Shown here piece after piece: positions 14,871 through 16,733 of a DNA stretch of 16,733 nt. The notes under the pieces are model-generated. The model was not told the origin of the DNA and did no database searches. It saw only the letters and a program-made list of their open reading frames with translations. Origin of the DNA: Pseudomonadota bacterium (GTDB lineage: Bacteria > Bdellovibrionota > FAC87 > UBA2466); NCBI GenBank assembly GCA_043767805.1, contig JAYUGC010000032.1, forward strand, positions 1-16,733, given 5' to 3'. Numbering within the stretch: position 1 is the stretch's first letter; the number at the start of each line of letters is the position of its first letter. The translations under genes were made by a program, and so were the position numbers.

Positions 14871-16046
14871 GTGTCGTTACAAAAATCCCCGGTTCTCGAT
14901 CTTTTTGGTTTCGAATCGATGTTCTCCGCCGAGCAAAAGGCGGTGACTGAATCGGTACGCGCTTTCGTCGCTAAAGAGGCGCAACCCTTGGTTCGCGAGG
15001 CCTACCGGGACGAGCGTTTTCCCGAGACCTTGCCGCGAAAGCTAGGCGCTTTGGGCATTCTCGGGGGCAACCTTTCGGGGTACGGCCTTCCGGGGATGGA
15101 CGCGACCAGCTACGGGCTCGTCATGCGTGAGCTCGAGCGCTGCGACTCCGGGCTCAGAAGTTTCGCTTCCGTTCAGGGCTCTCTCGTCATGTACCCGATT
15201 CACGCTTTCGGCTCGGAAGAGCAGAAGGAGCATTGGCTTCCGAAACTAGGATCCGGCGAAGCGGTTGGCTGCTTCGGCCTGACCGAATCAGAAGGGGGCA
15301 GCGACCCGGGTGCCATGCGCACGACCGCCGAAGACAAGGGCGACCACTGGATCCTGACGGGCTCGAAGATGTGGATTACGAACGGCAACCTTGCTGCTGT
15401 CGCCGTGGTTTGGGCGAAAACCGCGAATGGCATCCGCGGCTTCGTAGTCCCGACGGATAGCGCGGGTTTTCGTGCGGTCGCGATGAAGGGGAAACTTTCA
15501 CTCCGCGCCTCAAACACGTCGGAGCTCTACTTCGATAACGTTCGCTTGCCCAAAGAAGCGTTGTTGCCGAAGTCGGAAGGGTTGAAGTCCGCTTTGATGT
15601 GCTTGAACCAGGCCCGCTACGGTATCGCGTTCGGCGTGCTTGGCGCGGCGGAAGCTTGTTTCGGGGAAGCGCTGGGATTCGTCTCGAACCGCAAGGTCTT
15701 CGGCAAACCGCTCGCGGGCTTTCAGCTCGTTCAGCGAAAGCTCGCCGTCATGGCCTCTCGGATCACTCAAGGCCAGCTTCTCGCTTGGCGCCTTGGCCAG
15801 TTGAAAGACTCAGGCGAGCTCCATCACGTACACGTGAGCGTCGCAAAGCAAGGCAATGTCGAGATGGCTCTGGAGTGCGCGCGGGTTTCCCGTGATTTGC
15901 TCGGCGCGAACGGCATCATGGATGAGTACGAGACCATGCGTCATCTCTGCAACCTCGAGACGGTCTATACCTACGAGGGCACCAACGATATTCATCTCTT
16001 GGTCGTTGGCCGCGAGCTTACGGGGATTGCGGCTTTCGAAGGGTAG
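14871..16046 (+). CDS. gcdH: Glutaryl-CoA dehydrogenase (acyl-CoA dehydrogenase family)
   Basis: GTG start with AGGAGG SD. YGLVMRELERCDSGLRSFASVQGSLVMYPI, GCFGLTE..GGSDP, GSKMWITN, KLSLRAS, CLNQARYGIA, RHLCNLETVYTYEGT; typical of the GCDH subfamily. Confidence 0.87.
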   Translation: MSLQKSPVLDLFGFESMFSAEQKAVTESVRAFVAKEAQPLVREAYRDERFPETLPRKLGALGILGGNLSGYGLPGMDATSYGLVMRELERCDSGLRSFASVQGSLVMYPIHAFGSEEQKEHWLPKLGSGEAVGCFGLTESEGGSDPGAMRTTAEDKGDHWILTGSKMWITNGNLAAVAVVWAKTANGIRGFVVPTDSAGFRAVAMKGKLSLRASNTSELYFDNVRLPKEALLPKSEGLKSALMCLNQARYGIAFGVLGAAEACFGEALGFVSNRKVFGKPLAGFQLVQRKLAVMASRITQGQLLAWRLGQLKDSGELHHVHVSVAKQGNVEMALECARVSRDLLGANGIMDEYETMRHLCNLETVYTYEGTNDIHLLVVGRELTGIAAFEG

Positions 16047-16733
16047 CGGGACTGAGTTTCAGTTTCAGGGCCTTTGCCGTTTGCTCGGTGACGGCTAAAA
16101 CTTCGTCCGCCGTATCGACGAGAAAAAGGTAGTCCATGTCGTCCTGGTCGATGGCTCCCTGCGCTGCGAGCACGGTTTGCATCCAGTCGAAGAGCTTTTG
16201 CCAATACTCCCGCCCCACCAGAACAATCGGGAAATAGTAGAGCTTACCCGTTTGAATCAGGGTGAGTGCCTCGAAGACCTCATCCAGAGTGCCAAAACCT
16301 CCGGGAAGAGCCACGTAGGCCGACGAATACTTCACCAAAATGACTTTGCGGGAGAAGAAGTACCGGAACTCGAGGGTTTTGGTCAGAAAAGGGTTGGGCT
16401 TTTGCTCCATGGGGAGGCGGATGTTGGCGCCGACCGTGTAGCCTCCGGCTTCAAAAGCACCTCGGCTGGCGGCTTCCATGAGCCCAGGCCCGCCCCCCGT
16501 GACGACCGTAAAACCCTGTTCGGCGAGGCCAGCGCCAATTTGCCGGGCCAGATCATAGTGAGGGGAGCCTTCTCCGAAGCGGGCGGAGCCGAAGACGGTG
16601 ACCGCCGGCGGAAGAAAATGGAGAGCGCGGAAGCCCTTGATGAACTCGAGGGCGATCCGAAGCACCCGGAAGAACTCGCCGACAATGGAGCCGCGGGTCG
16701 ACAGAAAGCGTGCCTCACCGGTCAGGCGAGCGG
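16018..16733 (-). CDS. LOG family (TIGR00730-type) nucleotide 5'-monophosphate phosphoribohydrolase, 5' end outside window
   Basis: VTVFGSAR, TGGGPGLMEA, FRYFFSRK and PGGFGTLDE. The frame stays open upstream of GTG 16665 to the window edge (..ARLTGEARFLSTRGSIVGEFFR), so the true start is probably beyond the window. Confidence 0.92.
   Translation of the reverse strand, partial: ARLTGEARFLSTRGSIVGEFFRVLRIALEFIKGFRALHFLPPAVTVFGSARFGEGSPHYDLARQIGAGLAEQGFTVVTGGGPGLMEAASRGAFEAGGYTVGANIRLPMEQKPNPFLTKTLEFRYFFSRKVILVKYSSAYVALPGGFGTLDEVFEALTLIQTGKLYYFPIVLVGREYWQKLFDWMQTVLAAQGAIDQDDMDYLFLVDTADEVLAVTEQTAKALKLKLSPATLRKPQSP

Noticed and set aside
1925..16718. Numerous 60-190 aa alternative-frame and antisense ORFs in the track
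   Set aside because: They overlap well-supported genes and are R/S/P/A-rich shadows expected in GC-rich DNA.

Overview
GC-rich bacterial chromosomal window; gene style loosely suggests a Bdellovibrionota/deltaproteobacterial-type organism, which is an inference only. No mobile element, CRISPR, rRNA or tRNA is visible. Left to right: (1) a large exported repeat/low-complexity protein on the minus strand, 1800..<1, missed by the ORF track because it runs off the edge (the 496-aa plus ORF is its antisense shadow); (2) a GT87-like membrane glycosyltransferase; (3) recG plus an atypical SDR; (4) a GT2 polyprenol-phosphate sugar synthase coupled to a TMTC-like GT-C/TPR membrane protein; (5) a GAF/HD-GYP phosphodiesterase; (6) a ~390-bp gap holding an unannotated ~186-nt rod-shaped structured RNA candidate (6S-like); (7) a LolA-like protein and an outer-membrane beta-barrel; (8) a signal-peptide-bearing SAM-methyltransferase-like orphan behind a class I glutamine amidotransferase; (9) glutaryl-CoA dehydrogenase; (10) a LOG-family gene cut by the right edge. 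Most notable are the structured RNA candidate, the hidden repeat protein, a possible protein O-glycosylation module, the exported methyltransferase-like protein and several apparently leaderless genes.
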